A DNA stretch of 64,000 nt from Lingula anatina. Lineage: Eukaryota; Animalia; Brachiopoda. The stretch is from the NCBI GenBank assembly GCA_051362555.1, contig CM120643.1, positions 7,440,001 through 7,504,000 of the forward strand. Reading direction: 5' to 3'. Below, piece by piece: positions 24,160 to 36,350 of the stretch. The position numbers and the translations under genes were made by a program. Position 1 is the stretch's first letter. Each line of letters starts with the position of its first letter. The notes beneath the pieces were generated by a model. It saw only the letters and a list, made by a program, of their open reading frames with translations. It was not told the origin of the DNA and searched no databases.

Positions 24160-24877
24160 TTACACGCCACATGGTAACTATTTTCATTGGTTGTCTTTCG
24201 TTTTGTGCGCCAACACTTATGTCTTAATGTTACATTAAAATGAAAGAAAACGAGACAAATAAGATTTCTTGCCTTCAACTATTTGTGAAAATTGTCCATT
24301 TGATTCATACGTTATCGATATGTACGTGACCAAATAATATGAAGGGGTTGTTTTCTGATTCCATTAATTGTTTTCTGTTGTCACGACTTTGTGAGTGGGT
24401 GTGACTTTGTATATGTGCGCACTACGTTTTACGGCCCTTATTCTTATTTGTTACGTTAATATGATACATATACGTTACCAAATAACGTGAAGGTATTGTT
24501 TTCTGATTTGATTGTTTGCTCTCTGTTGTCGTGACTCTGTGGTTGCGTGCGACGTTGTATATGTGCGCACGCTTGTTTTTACGTCGCTTATTCTTCTTTG
24601 TTACGCTAAAATGATACATACGTTACCGATACATACGTTACCATGAAGCGTGTAAATATTTATTTTATTTTCATTGGTTTTCTTTCGCTTTGTGGGCCAA
24701 CACTTATGTCTTTTATTTGTGTTTCATTAAAATATTGTTGGCGCACAAAAGGAGAGAAAACCAATGAAAATAGAATAAAAAATATTTACACGTTTTATGG
24801 TAACGTATGTATCATTTTAACGTAACAAAGAAGAATGAGCGACGTAATAACATGCGTGCGCACATATACAACGTCGC
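24160..24877. repeat. Foldback palindrome copy 2 (24487-24877) plus diverged partial arms (24160-24485)
   Basis: Nearly identical to 20002-20395, with the right arm truncated. Confidence 0.88.
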
Positions 24878-25137
24878 TGACTTGATATCTGTAAGATTCT
24901 GCAGGGAGAAATGGGAGACATGGCCTAGTTTTTTACCTCTCAAAAAGTTTGCAATATACTTTGTCTTTCAGTGGTCCCCGATTCTTTAATATTACCAATG
25001 TTATCACTTTGAACCGCATAAAACACTTTTGGAAGTAAAAGAATCATATTAGAAACTATCACTACACTTTCTTTTTATCATTTTATATTTATTCATCTTA
25101 GTATTGCCACTGACATATCTACTAGTGCCTCAATTTA

Positions 25138-25386
25138 GGACTCATTCCCAATGACACTATTGATCTATGTAAATCGATCCAACTCCACAGGGACTCTTGC
25201 TGAATGCAATTGGATTGGCTCGCCTCCTTTTGTTTATAACATGCTTGTTTTCCATTTTCTACTCAAAGCTAGGGGGTGGTATGCTAATCTCTTAATCTGA
25301 TTACATTCAGCAAGAGTCCCCCTGAATTGATCTACCTACACAGATAAAGCACTGAATGCACTCTTATTTTTATTGGGACTGAGTTC
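25138..25386. mobile_element. PIF/Harbinger-type palindromic MITE
   Basis: TIR GGACTCATTCCCAAT/ATTGGGACTGAGTTC, TTA on both sides, inner IR GGGACTCTTGCTGAATG/CATTCAGCAAGAGTCCC. Related to 60606-61255. Confidence 0.75.
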
Positions 25387-26671
25387 TTAGACCTAAATAT
25401 TCTTACACAGTCATATAAATAAAACAACAACAACACATAATAATAATATCATTTAATATTTATTTAAAATAAAAAGTTGGTTGGTACATTTATTATGTTG
25501 AAATGATAATTCTAAGAAAAACAAAGGTCAAATAAATGTTCAAGAAGTGCATTAAAATTGAAAGTTATGAATACAGTTGATGAAATCATATAATTACCTA
25601 ACATAATATGTAAGATTGAAAAATAATGACACAAACTGCATTGTAGACTTTCAATTTAATTTTCAGACTTACAAAACTGTATTTGTACAACATCTGCACA
25701 GTACTTTTTAATTACATTTGTGCATTAAAAAGTAAAGGTATATGAGTCTGAAATTTTCTTAGTATTTAATTTCTCTTTCTCCCTTCTCTTTATCTATGCC
25801 TCTCTACAATTTCAACCCCTCTTTCTCTTAAATAAAAATTCTGCACTAATGAGCTTAATTAAATAAATAAACATTCTTTGATTACAAAGAGCTCCAGAAT
25901 TACCAGGTGGGAATTTACTAGGTACCAGTACTTATAACAGACATTAACAATGTGATGATTCAGTCACCATTCTGACTTGCTTAATCCAGTATTGGTTTAT
26001 TAGCACTACATGTACTTTAGGCAAGATAACTCAATAAATGACTTTGGATATTTAAGATAAGAAAAAAATTGTCTTTTCATTCAATTTTATTTTTAAAAAT
26101 CTACATAAAATTACAAAGTAAGCAACAAAAGTAATAATAAGTGCTTATCTTTTATTAAGACTACTATGACATCACAACAGTACTGTACATATTAGTATAA
26201 AAGCTTCAATATATTTATTGCCAAAATTTGCTAAATTCTTTATTTTAAAGAAATATTAATGAAATGATTTCCTCCATATTACTTACACAAAATTGCTGCA
26301 GGCATCTTTTATACTACTGGCAAACCATAAGATGAGCACTAACATAAGACTAGACAGCAAAGCTGGCAAAATATACAGACACAAAACAAGGTGCAACAAT
26401 AGAGTTAAATATATTTTTTTCTGTGACAGCACCGAATATGGGCCAAGGCCTATGGGTTTGCAAATTCACCAGTTTTACCATTAGTTATATAATAGCTTGT
26501 TTCAATACTTATAAAACTGTGCACATGTATTGGTAAAAATAGTCAAATCCTGTTAGTTTTTAACTCAAACAGCTTTTTTTTACTAAACAAAACCTCTCTG
26601 CATATTTGATGTAAAACAAAAACATGGTTTGGTATCTATGGTAAGACAGTCACCAAAATACTTGCAAAAAA

Positions 26672-26708
<37 letters not shown>

Positions 26709-26949
26709 GATATTTTAAATTTTTTTTACTCAGTCAAAGTGGGGGGAGGGGGGGGGCATGCACCATGTTCAGAATGAACACCAGTGGATGTCTGGGGATG
26801 GCTACAGGAACATGGACCCTATCTCCTGATGTCAGGGAGGAAAAAAATGGTTGGAGCCTGGTACACAAATCTTGACTGCATTGAGACAAATCATCTCCAA
26901 CAAAAGATTTCAGGACATTATGTCAGGAACCTTGGTTACAGGCACTGCA

Positions 26950-27640
26950 AAACTTCTAGAACACAGTCGACATCAGAAGGATTGGGATGAGAAGATCTCC
27001 TTATTCCTCATGTCCTACCGCAGCTCACAACACGACAGCACTGGCTAAACCCCAAATCTAATGGTATTAGTTAGAAAAATTGATTTACCGGCCTATATTG
27101 TTTCTGGATGGCCATGTTACATGAGGTAGATAATTTTAATTTGGTGATGATTTTCCACTTTTCAGTATTTACAACTAATGGGTGTGAATGAAAATTTTAT
27201 ACCATGTGAGACTCATGAATGATTGAAAAACTTGAGTAAAAGCCTAAATAGATCCTATGAAATGGCTCGAGAAAAACTGAAAAGTGTGCAGAAATGTCAA
27301 AAAACAGTTGTATGATGCAAAGTTGAGAGAGAGTGAATATACTTGTGGTCAGAAGGTATATTTGAGGGATGAAAGTCATAAAAATTGAGAAAGTAAGAAA
27401 CTTAGACCCTTATATAGAGGACCATATGATGTTATCAAAGCATCCCCACCTCTCTATACAATTAAAGATAAAAAAGGAAAAATCCAGGTGGTACATCATG
27501 ATAGATTGAGAAAATGTATTGAAAGAGAGAGTGATTTTCATTTGAATGAACCACAATTGGTGGAACCAATTGTAAAAAGATCAAGATTTGGTAGACAAAT
27601 TAAGATGCCATCTCATTTAAGAGATTTCGCCTTAGAATGA
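26950..27640 (+). pseudogene. Gypsy pol integrase C-terminal fragment
   Basis: DWDEKISLFLMSYRSSQHDSTG*TPNLM; KLRPLYRGPYDVIK (GPY/F motif); VVHHDRLRKC; RSRFGRQIKMPSHLRDF. Contains stops and frameshifts. Confidence 0.88.
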
Positions 27641-27768
27641 TTATATTGATATATGTTTTGTTTATTAATTAAAATATAATTGTATATAGATACTTCCTTA
27701 ATTTTCGGCAGTGCTGAAATAAAAGGAACTTAATTTATTTATTTGTATTTTTTATTTTTTTTTAGACC

Positions 27769-28062
27769 ATGGATGAATCAAACATATACAATATTCTCGC
27801 AGAGAAAGAGTATAATTGGTGCAGAAATTGGATCGAACAACCAAACACTCTGCTCAACATATCAATTAACAATATAATACCACAAAATTTACCACAGTCC
27901 AGAATGTCAATGTACATGGGAACTCTACTTAATGAAAGAGTGCTATTAGAGAAAGGAATGGATTGGATGATTGAAAATATCTATTCATATCAAAACAATA
28001 TAACGAAAGAAGAATGTGTAGATATCATACTTTACTTGAGAGATAAATTGTATGGCTATTAA
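27769..28062 (+). CDS. Gypsy accessory ORF A, 97 aa, unknown function
   Basis: Open ORF with ACCATGG context, preceded by a polypyrimidine tract and AG (27764-27765). Stop runs into an A-tract, with AATAAA downstream. Confidence 0.55.
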   Translation: MDESNIYNILAEKEYNWCRNWIEQPNTLLNISINNIIPQNLPQSRMSMYMGTLLNERVLLEKGMDWMIENIYSYQNNITKEECVDIILYLRDKLYGY

Positions 28063-28653
28063 AAAAAAAAAAAAAAAAAAAAGTCCATAATAAAGATATA
28101 TTTAATAAAGTATATTATAGTTTGTACTTCCTATTATATTTCAGGTAATTTGATCAAAACAACAGTACAAGTTGGTATAGGTTTTTTAAATATTTGTTTG
28201 AATTTTGTTGTTGAGCATAATACATTGAGCACTGCATGAATAGGTTGATGGCTACTTTTGTCTTTTTTTGGATTATGGTTATTAAAAAAAAAAAAATTAA
28301 ATATTACCTAACACGGTTACACTGTTCAAACTAATATGTTGCAGTTTAGCATGTGTTTTGCATGTAATCGGATTAGAGGTTGTCAAGGTAATAATTCTTT
28401 TCTTTTTACACATTTTAATGATGGTATTTTATTTGGGGATTTGGTATAAAAGTAATATTTATACATAGTAAAGGCGGCGATGCTGTAATACTATGTTAGT
28501 AATTAATGAAATACTATGTTTATGATGTAATACTGTGTTAATAATGTAAAATTATGTTTATAATGTAATATGTTAATATTCATTTGAAAGAAAAGATCAT
28601 TATCATGTATGTTCATTCAAGAAAATAAACCATTGTATAAGTTTATTTCAGAT

Positions 28654-29322
28654 ATGGATGATCTAGACATGCTAGATGAAGCCTGTTTTGTCCCGGATTA
28701 TGATGACACTGATTTGGTGGAAGATCCTACTGTCCTAATTGGTGAAGAGGGGAAGGAAGTTATCCACTCAAATTGCAGAAGGAAGAAACAGAGGAAAGAA
28801 GTTCAGTGTGGTTTGTGTCTGGTGTCCAGTGCTGACCTGAGTAGACATCTTGGACGTCATGTGAAATCTGTTCATTTGCCATGGTATATGACTCCAGGAT
28901 TGGTGTGCTGGTATTGCAGATCGATGGAGAAGGACAATTCGCTTTTGCGTAAACGTCATGGTGATGTTCATTCGTATGGAACTGGTGAATTCGAGGAAAA
29001 ACTGTGGATCCAATTGGTGAATGGATTTATACATTTCCTGATATTAACATTAAATATGAGAAATATATGGGAACTGATGGACTATGTGAAAAGTGAAGGA
29101 CTAGTAATGTTGCCAGATAACTGTTCCAAGGAGGACATTGACTTTGTAAAAATATACATTTATGGAAATGGTATGGAGCCTAAGACTGAGATTCTGAATT
29201 CTTTGTTGACTTTGTTTCACTGGAGAACTTTGTATCATCTGTTACAAAAACTTTCATCAGAGGATCGTGAACTCAGTAGTCATTGGTATCGGCGGATGGA
29301 ATTTACTTTGCTATATGGATGA
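28654..29322 (+). CDS. Gypsy accessory ORF B, Cys/His zinc-finger-like protein (about 222 aa from ATG 28654), possibly truncated
   Basis: Acidic N-terminus, basic RRKKQRK, CGLC..RHVKSVHLPW..P..CWYC..RHGDVH. A TTTCAG acceptor ends 2 nt before the ATG. Confidence 0.7.
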   Translation: MDDLDMLDEACFVPDYDDTDLVEDPTVLIGEEGKEVIHSNCRRKKQRKEVQCGLCLVSSADLSRHLGRHVKSVHLPWYMTPGLVCWYCRSMEKDNSLLRKRHGDVHSYGTGEFEEKLWIQLVNGFIHFLILTLNMRNIWELMDYVKSEGLVMLPDNCSKEDIDFVKIYIYGNGMEPKTEILNSLLTLFHWRTLYHLLQKLSSEDRELSSHWYRRMEFTLLYG

Positions 29323-29696
29323 AAAATGAACTATATAATGATTTGACATTTCACATTGACATTGTTATCATTACTAATGTTGTTTTGAGCAACTTTGAGT
29401 TAAAATCACTTTGTTTACTTGAAAGATGATTTAAAGTGATAATGGATTAAAAACTTTATTTTGCTTTCTTAAAGAAAAACATTTATGCTGAGAGATGGAC
29501 TTGATTGACTTTGCTTGTGTTAAAGATAAATGTTGAATCTTGGCATAACAAGAGTGACTTATTGCTTTATTTGCTTATTTTAACGGTAAAGTACGATTTC
29601 ATTTGTTGAATCATAATAATTGTTAGTTTAACAATTTAAAGTAATGGTTTATATTTTAATAATAGGGGGAGTTTTGTTCGTCAAAAGGGGGGAGAG

Positions 29697-30037
29697 TGTG
29701 ACGATGTTGTGTTAGTTGAGATTGTTTTACATTGCTACCGGTAGATGTCTCTATAAGTAAAGTGTTACCCGGTGTGCAAGTTTGAATCTCTCCCGTGATT
29801 AGTAACCTAAAGGTAAAACTGTTCACTGTATAATTGGTTCTGATTGGTAAACGTGTACTATCTGAACTTGTATATAAGGTCCGACTTGAAATAAATTGGT
29901 CTCTTTCTTGGGCTTTTGGCTACCTATTTGGTCTGCGAGTTATTATTTGGCTCTTTTTTTGGCTCTTAACTCTGAGATACCAGTAAGTTCATTGTTATTT
30001 GTACCTTCATAAGGCACTCGGCCGCGAAGGCGTAACA
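29697..30037 (+). repeat. 3' LTR (341 bp)
   Basis: TGTGACG...CGTAACA directly after the PPT. TATATAAG about 29871, AATAAA about 29890, GTAAGT 29983. Confidence 0.85.
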
Positions 30038-30350
30038 AAAGCTAATGTAGTAGGAATAAATAATGAAATAAATGGCTTTGATTGGGAAAACTTTTTTCAA
30101 CACTTAGATAATGTGCATGAAATTGCTAGAAACTTTACAGACAAACTACTATCTATCTATAAGAAGTACATACCACAAAAAAAATAAGAAGTATTAAAGC
30201 GAATGACAAACTTTGGTTCTGTGACAGGTTACGGCATGAAATTCTAAGAAAAAAAATTATATGCTAAAATGAGAATTACTCCTAAGCAGGATAATACAAA
30301 TGGTTATAAGGCTCAGTCTGCTCTGGTAAATAAACTGATAAAGGACACAG
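30038..30350 (+). mobile_element. CR1/L2-type LINE ORF2 fragment (EN-RT tether), interrupted by the LTR element
   Basis: KANVVGINNEINGFDWENFF..DNVHEIARNFTDKLLSIYKKYIP../NDKLWF. Confidence 0.6.
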
Positions 30351-30418
30351 TATAATTGATGGCCTTGATGAAAAACTAGACAGATGTAGACTGTACTGGC
30401 GAACTATTAACTGTATCT

Positions 30419-32858
30419 AACCAGAGGATCAGAGAGGCGATACCGCCTCTGAATATTGTACCACCAGCCGGGGTAAGCGCGATCGTATAGACACCCACAC
30501 ACACAAAAAAGGGACACCACCACCAGTCTTGTGCTTGACAAGCTGTAAAAAAGGCAATCAAGAAGAATTCTCAAAAATGCAAAAAAAATATATAACTAAA
30601 AATGGTACAATCAAAGTTCAGTTCATAGTAAGGCAGGTCAAAGGTCAATTTCCAGTATATGACTTCCTATTCAAGTTCAATAGCAACTATGAACCTATCT
30701 CTGCCAGTTTTGGAGATAAAAGGGAACCAAAATTTGTAAACTTCAATTCATGATAAAAAGTAGGTCAAACATAAATTTCAAGGTCACACTTAGATTGCCA
30801 GTATATGACTTCCTATTCAAATTCAATAGTAACTATGGACCTATCTCTGCTAGTTTTGGAAATAAAAGGGAACCAAAATTTGCAAAGTTAAGTTCATGGT
30901 TAAAAGTAGGTCAAAGGTCAATTTTAAGGTCACAGAAAATTGCCTCTAATGACTTCATATTCAAGTTCAATGGTACAGTGGACCTATCTCTGCCAGTTTT
31001 GGAGATAAAAGGAAACGGAAATTTGCAAAGTTCAATTCATTATGAAAAGTAGGTCAAATGTCAATTTCAAGGTCACATTTATATTGCCAGTATATGACTT
31101 CCTATTCAACTTCAATAGTAACTATGGACCTATCTCTGCCAGTTTTGGAGATAAAAGGGAACCAAAATTTGTAAACTTCATATCATGATGAAAAGTAGGT
31201 CAAAGGTCAATTTCAAGGTCAAACTTAGATTGCCTCATATGACTTTCTATTCAAATTCAATAGTAACTATGGGCATATCTCTGCCAGTTTTGAAAATAAA
31301 AGCATTAAAAAGTTGCAAAGTTCAATTCATGATGAAAAGTAGGTCAAAGGTCAATGTCAAGGTCACATTTAGATTGCCAGTATATGACTTCCTATTCAAG
31401 TTCAATAGTAACCATAGACCTATCTCTGCCAGTTTTGGAGATAAAAGGGAACTAAAATTTGCAAAGTTCAATTCATGATGAAAAGTAGGTCAAAGGTCAA
31501 TTTCAAGGTCACATTAAGATTGCCAGTATATGACTTCCTATTCAACTTCAATAGTAACTATGGACCTATCTCTGCCAGTTTTGGAGATAAAAGGGAACAA
31601 AATTTGCAAAGTTCAGTTCATGGTTAAAAGTAGGTCAAAGGTCAATTTTAAGGTCACAGTAAATTGCCTCGTATGACTTTCTATTCAAATTCAATAGTAA
31701 CTATGGACCTTTCTCTGCCAGTTTTGAAAATAAAAGCATTAAAAAGTTGCAAAGTTCAGTTTATGGTGTAAAGTAGGTCAAAGGTCAATTTAAAGGTCAC
31801 ATTTAGATTGCCAGTATATGACTTCCTATTCAACTTCAATAGTAACTATGGACCTATCTCTGCCAGTTTTGGAGATATAAGGGACTAAATGTTATAAATT
31901 TGGAGTTACAATAATGTATCATAAATTTCGTACAGAAAAAATTAATTAAAATAAAGAACAGGTCATTTTGGTCAAAATTCTTGAAATGGGAGGTCCTCTG
32001 AAGTGCCAGATGTTCAAATTTGATGAAATAATGTCATTTTTGACCACAGGTTGTCTGCCTCGCCAAGCCTTATGTTTTATTTTTCTGGAGTTCAAAATTT
32101 ATTATCCATTACCGTACTGCACATTTTGCTTTCACCACCAATATGTACTTTTTGATACAGCGTAACTCGAAAACCGTATGGAATACAAAAAAACAGAGAC
32201 CACCTCCAGTGTTGGGCTTTACATGCTCTACAAAATGCAAAAAAGAATGGGTCTCTAGCATTAACGGTTCCTGAATTAGAGACAGTTTTCAGTTTCGGTA
32301 TCTTATGGCCGTGAAAATGCACTGATTGACCCCAAATTCACGGAGATGAAAGATGACCTGAAGGGTAACACTTTCCAATAATATTATTGGTTAAGTTTGT
32401 GTGGTGTCTGAATAACAGGGCAAATAATTTTTTTTTTCATAAAAAAATTTGTTTTTTTGAAAATTTTGGCCCGTTTGACCTTGAAATAAAGGTCAAAGGT
32501 CAAATCCAAGGGCATATTTGAAATCTACACATATGACTTTTGGAAAGCCGTCTGTAGAAATTTTTCCCATAATTCCTTCCGTAGGGTAGATAATTAGCAT
32601 TTAATTTTGCCATTTTTGGACAAGGGTGCATTGCAATGAGTGCCACACCTAGACTCCAATACCGACAAAGCCCAAATTTTACGTGGAACAAGTTGAGATT
32701 ATAGGTGACCTAAATCCAAGAGATGGATACGGAGGCCCTTACAGTCTAGGAGGAGAAGCGGTAACGGTAGCCGTCCGGCGGAGCCGCAGGAGCCGGCGGA
32801 ACGATCCGGACGGAACTAAAACCATGTGTACCGCCAGCGCTAACGCTGGTGGTACAAT
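30419..32858 (-). mobile_element. HINE/Helentron-type element family B, copy 1, with about 9 x 145-bp satellite
   Basis: Terminal hairpin TGTACCGCCAGCG-CTAA-CGCTGGTGGTACA (32827-32856), matching subTIR TTGTACCACCAGC near 30457, small palindrome AGAGGCG-ATAC-CGCCTCT, GGAGCCGC microsatellite. AGGTCAAAGGTCA units at 144-146 bp spacing (about 30630-31880). Confidence 0.88.
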
Positions 32859-33129
32859 TAACTGTATGCTAATATGAAACCTGCTATTTCTCTACATTAG
32901 TATAACAGTAAAAAAACATATATTTACATGTATTTGACCTTATAGTGTTATTTTATTTCAGCATAAGACATTTACTTACATTTTTGTATATGTGAAACAG
33001 GAGACGTTTGCAGTTGCCTCCATTTTGGAGAATACACTTGAAAATGTTGCTAAAAAGGTTCTTCAGAATGAACAAGCCAGCATCAGGTACCTGTCCATTT
33101 TATTTACAAGTGCATAAATGAAAACAGCT

Positions 33130-33640
33130 AGTATGTTTTTTATTCTGTTGTACGTAGCAGAGCAAGAGCTTCCTCGAAATTATTTTGTGCTCAGATTGAT
33201 TGTTTGTTTTCACCTCGAAATGAAACTTACAATGTACATTACCTTGTTCATTTATGTGACAAAGTAATTGAATTGGGTCCCTTATGGACACAGTCTTGTT
33301 TTTTCTATGAAGACCTTAATGGGGAGTTGAAAAAGCTATTCCATGGGACAAGCTCTGTGGAATTACAGATTTCATCTGCTGTACAGTTGTTCTTCACCAA
33401 CAATTGCCAGATCTTGTGAAGCAATTAGTTCCAGGTTCAGAAACTGAGACATTCTATTTGAAATCAGCAAAGAAAACATTACCTCACAACAGTCACTGCT
33501 TTTTGGACACAGTTATGCAGTAGGGCATTTTGTCAGCTGTAATCTTTTGGATAGAACGAGAGAATTGATAAAATATTTGTGTCCCAATCAAAAGGGTACA
33601 ACAATTTTGCCGTCTTCTCATGAATGGCAATCTCTTTCAT
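33130..33640 (+). pseudogene. CMC (EnSpm/Mirage-like) transposase C-terminal fragment
   Basis: YNVHYLVHLCDKVIELGPLWTQSCFFYEDLNGELKKLFHGT. Confidence 0.75.
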
Positions 33641-34254
33641 ACAGGAACTGTGCAGACCGCAGAAAATTTCCGATACGTGTAATTATTTTTAATAAAGTCG
33701 CGGGCACGGGCACGTAAGTAGTAATGTAATTATTCCTATCACTTTAATTGGTCCCAGTCAACTTTAATTTTATTTCACTTTATTACCCTTTATCTAAAGT
33801 TGCGATAATTTGTGGCCACACGGTCTGTCACTCCAATATATGAGGTATAAAACCAGGTGGCAGCCTAGAAACAAATAGAGTCGGGAATTGGAACCTTGAA
33901 TCTTCAGCAGACAGATTAGAGACCTTAGAGTAAAATATACCCCGCAGTATCTGTAAGAACTAAGCACAGATTTGGTGACAGATATCGCACACGATTCTGC
34001 TAGACATATCAGCAGTAGACACAAAAACCCTCTTACTCAAACAAATGAACAAAACAGCAAACTGCTTCGGAAGATTACAAACAAGGATGGCTAAAATTTT
34101 TTAAAGTGTATATATAATACTCCCTCACCACGATCAAACAACAAACAAAAGTACTAAAACAAACAACGCCAACATGACAACTTGAGACCTTTTACAAAAA
34201 GAAACTCAGGGTGGACAAATGACGGCACAGTGATATGTTACCACTGTATCATAA

Positions 34255-34340
34255 GCTCACAGCTGTGGGAGATCGTAGGGTGATCCCCTCCTGTTGTGTG
34301 TGGAGGATCCGGGACAAATTCCCCTCCTCTACAGGACAGT
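34255..34340 (+). pseudogene. P2X7 C-terminal-like/KolX-like transposon accessory fragment
   Basis: [28 protein letters not shown]. Confidence 0.7.
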
Positions 34341-34954
34341 ACACAGGGTTTCTCCCAATGTTTTTCTTTTTTTTTTTTTTTTTTTTTGGTCAAAAATACC
34401 TGTCTCTAAACTCATTATTTTGCTACAACTGGCATTTATTGCTTAGTGGCTGTTGCTCATCTCACGCTCATCATAAGGATTTGCTGCAAACATTTTAAAG
34501 GCATTTGTGAAGAAACAGTATCAAGTCAAGAAAATCTTGATCAAGATTTCAAATGTGATATAGAAAATAAACTAAGGCAAAGTGAAAGACTGCACTTGAC
34601 CCTGGCATAAATGCTGAAGAAATCTTGAACAATACAAAATAAATAAATAAATAAATAAATAAAATAAAATAAAATAACAAGTGGTAAATTTGGTGGTAAG
34701 AGCAAGGTCACCAATGAAATGATCAAATCAGGAAAGGATTTTCTTATAGATGCCTGAAATGAATGGAAACGAATGAAGTCATGCAAGCATGCCTTGGCAT
34801 TGAATGACCAGTTCAATGACGTAATTTTGACAGATGAGTAATAAGTTAAATAATAAGGTCAAATGGAGAAAGAGTTTGTGGCATCTTTGTATAAAAAAAG
34901 TTGCAGTAGCTGATACATTAGATCATGATGTGATGTTATTGAAAAAATCAGTAA

Positions 34955-35966
34955 AATATTCAGAAAATGTGACTAGCAAAGGTCTTCAGGCCCATGGAAC
35001 TTCAAAGTCACACCTTGAAAATGCCAAAATGTAAACAAGACAGAACTGTTCTGAAATGGGTTTATTTCCATTTTTAACACTTTTTTAACATAAAACAAAA
35101 TAAACATTTTACTGCCATTTTTATATGACCAACTAAGAAAATTGATGAGATGGGAAAAGTATCAATAGAACAGTGTTAAATGTCCAATTTCCTCCATTCT
35201 GAGATTCTGAACATAGTGGATGATTGAATCTGACAAACTGCAATGATATGAGTTTATTTCCATTTTTGACACTTTATTACACAATACATGATAACAAGTT
35301 TACCATGTTTTTTACATAATCAACTAACAATGTTGTAAAGATGCAGGAAATATCAAACAAACACTTTAAGGCATCTTATTAGTTAAATAATGAGACTGTT
35401 AACATGCCTAATAATTGAATCTGAGGAAATGTGAAAAAAAAGTATAACTTCTAAAATAATGGCCCGATTATGCTAATTTTCGAACTCAACCTGCATTTTA
35501 GTAAGATTGACCACTCCAGTGAGTATAATTACAATTGGCCAATCCGTTTTTCTTATATTGTGTTATCAGTGTTGCATTTATATTGAAAATAGTGAAAAAA
35601 CAGCATAAATTCCCTAAAAATGGCCCAATCATGCTGATTTTCGAACTTGACCTGCGTATTATGAATATTCATCAGTTCTGTAAGTTTCAAGTCAAAAGGT
35701 AAAATGGTTTTCCACTTATCGTGTTATCGGTGCTGCATATATGCTGAAAAAAGTGAAAAAACAGCATAAATTCCCTAAAAGTGACCCGATTATGCTGATT
35801 TTCGAACTTGACCTGCGTATTATGAATATTCATCAGTTCTGCAAGTTTCAAGTCAAAAGGTAAAATGGTTTTCCACTTATCGTGTTATCGGTAAAAGTGC
35901 ACGGCGCCGACGACAGACGCAGATGATGGCTATATGTACAGACACATCTGTGTCTGTACATAAAAA
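34955..35966 (-). mobile_element. HINE family A, copy 2 (3 x 161-bp units)
   Basis: Same terminal hairpin (35933-35962) and body as 1-1208. The left part, 34955-35058, is the reverse complement of 50362-50465. Confidence 0.85.
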
Positions 35967-36170
35967 GTGGCATTTGGTAATCAAGTTAATAAAAAAATAT
36001 ATCACTGTTGTAAGTATTTAGCTGGGGTAGTTGAATGTTTTGACAGATTAATGTTAAGAGGGACAGTCTATCACACAAGTAACTACACAAGAGCAAAGGC
36101 CAAAAATTCATATACTATTAAATATGTAAGTAAAAACGGTGTAAGATTTGGTCATATAAAGTGGTTTTTT
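35967..36170 (+). pseudogene. CMC transposase distal C-terminal fragment
   Basis: FDRLMLRGTVYHTSNYTRAKAKNSYTIKY....FGHIKWF. Confidence 0.6.
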
Positions 36171-36174
36171 AAAA

Positions 36175-36350
36175 CTCGGGAATACTGGGTGAGACCGTGG
36201 ATTGCAAGACGCCACTTGTAAGGTGATTACAAACATTTGATGAAAGAACTTGGACTTGAAAATCAGGAAGTTTTCATTTCCTTCCTAAAAATAGAACCAG
36301 CAACGTTTTGTGAACTTCTGAAAAGACTACAGCCTCACCTAACGAAACCA
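36175..36350 (+). pseudogene. Harbinger transposase N-terminal fragment
   Basis: YWVRPWIARRHL*GDYKHLMKELGLENQEVFISFLKIEPATFCELLKRLQPHLTK. Confidence 0.75.

Larger units (their letters stand above)
26950..30037 (+). mobile_element. Gypsy/Ty3 LTR retrotransposon, 3' half (integrase end, two accessory ORFs, PPT, 3' LTR)
   Basis: Integrase C-terminus, PPT AAAAGGGGGGAGAG at 29683-29696, and LTR TG...CA. Confidence 0.88.

Noticed and set aside
28060-28082. A-run after ORF A as a retrocopy poly(A) tail
   Set aside because: No upstream AATAAA or TSD. The poly(A) signal lies downstream, and A/T runs are common in this window.
30406-32867. 11-bp repeat ATTAACTGTAT on both sides of HINE-B copy 1 as a TSD
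   Set aside because: Offset by 2 bp from the terminus and absent at copy 2. Helentrons do not make such TSDs, so it is probably chance or a repair product.
30529-32877. Several 60-100 aa ORFs repeated at 52755-55258
   Set aside because: Chance frames in HINE-B satellite and body. Stops and frames differ between copies.
33952-34196. TGTAAG...TTTACA segment as a solo LTR
   Set aside because: No target-site duplication and no clear polyadenylation signal.
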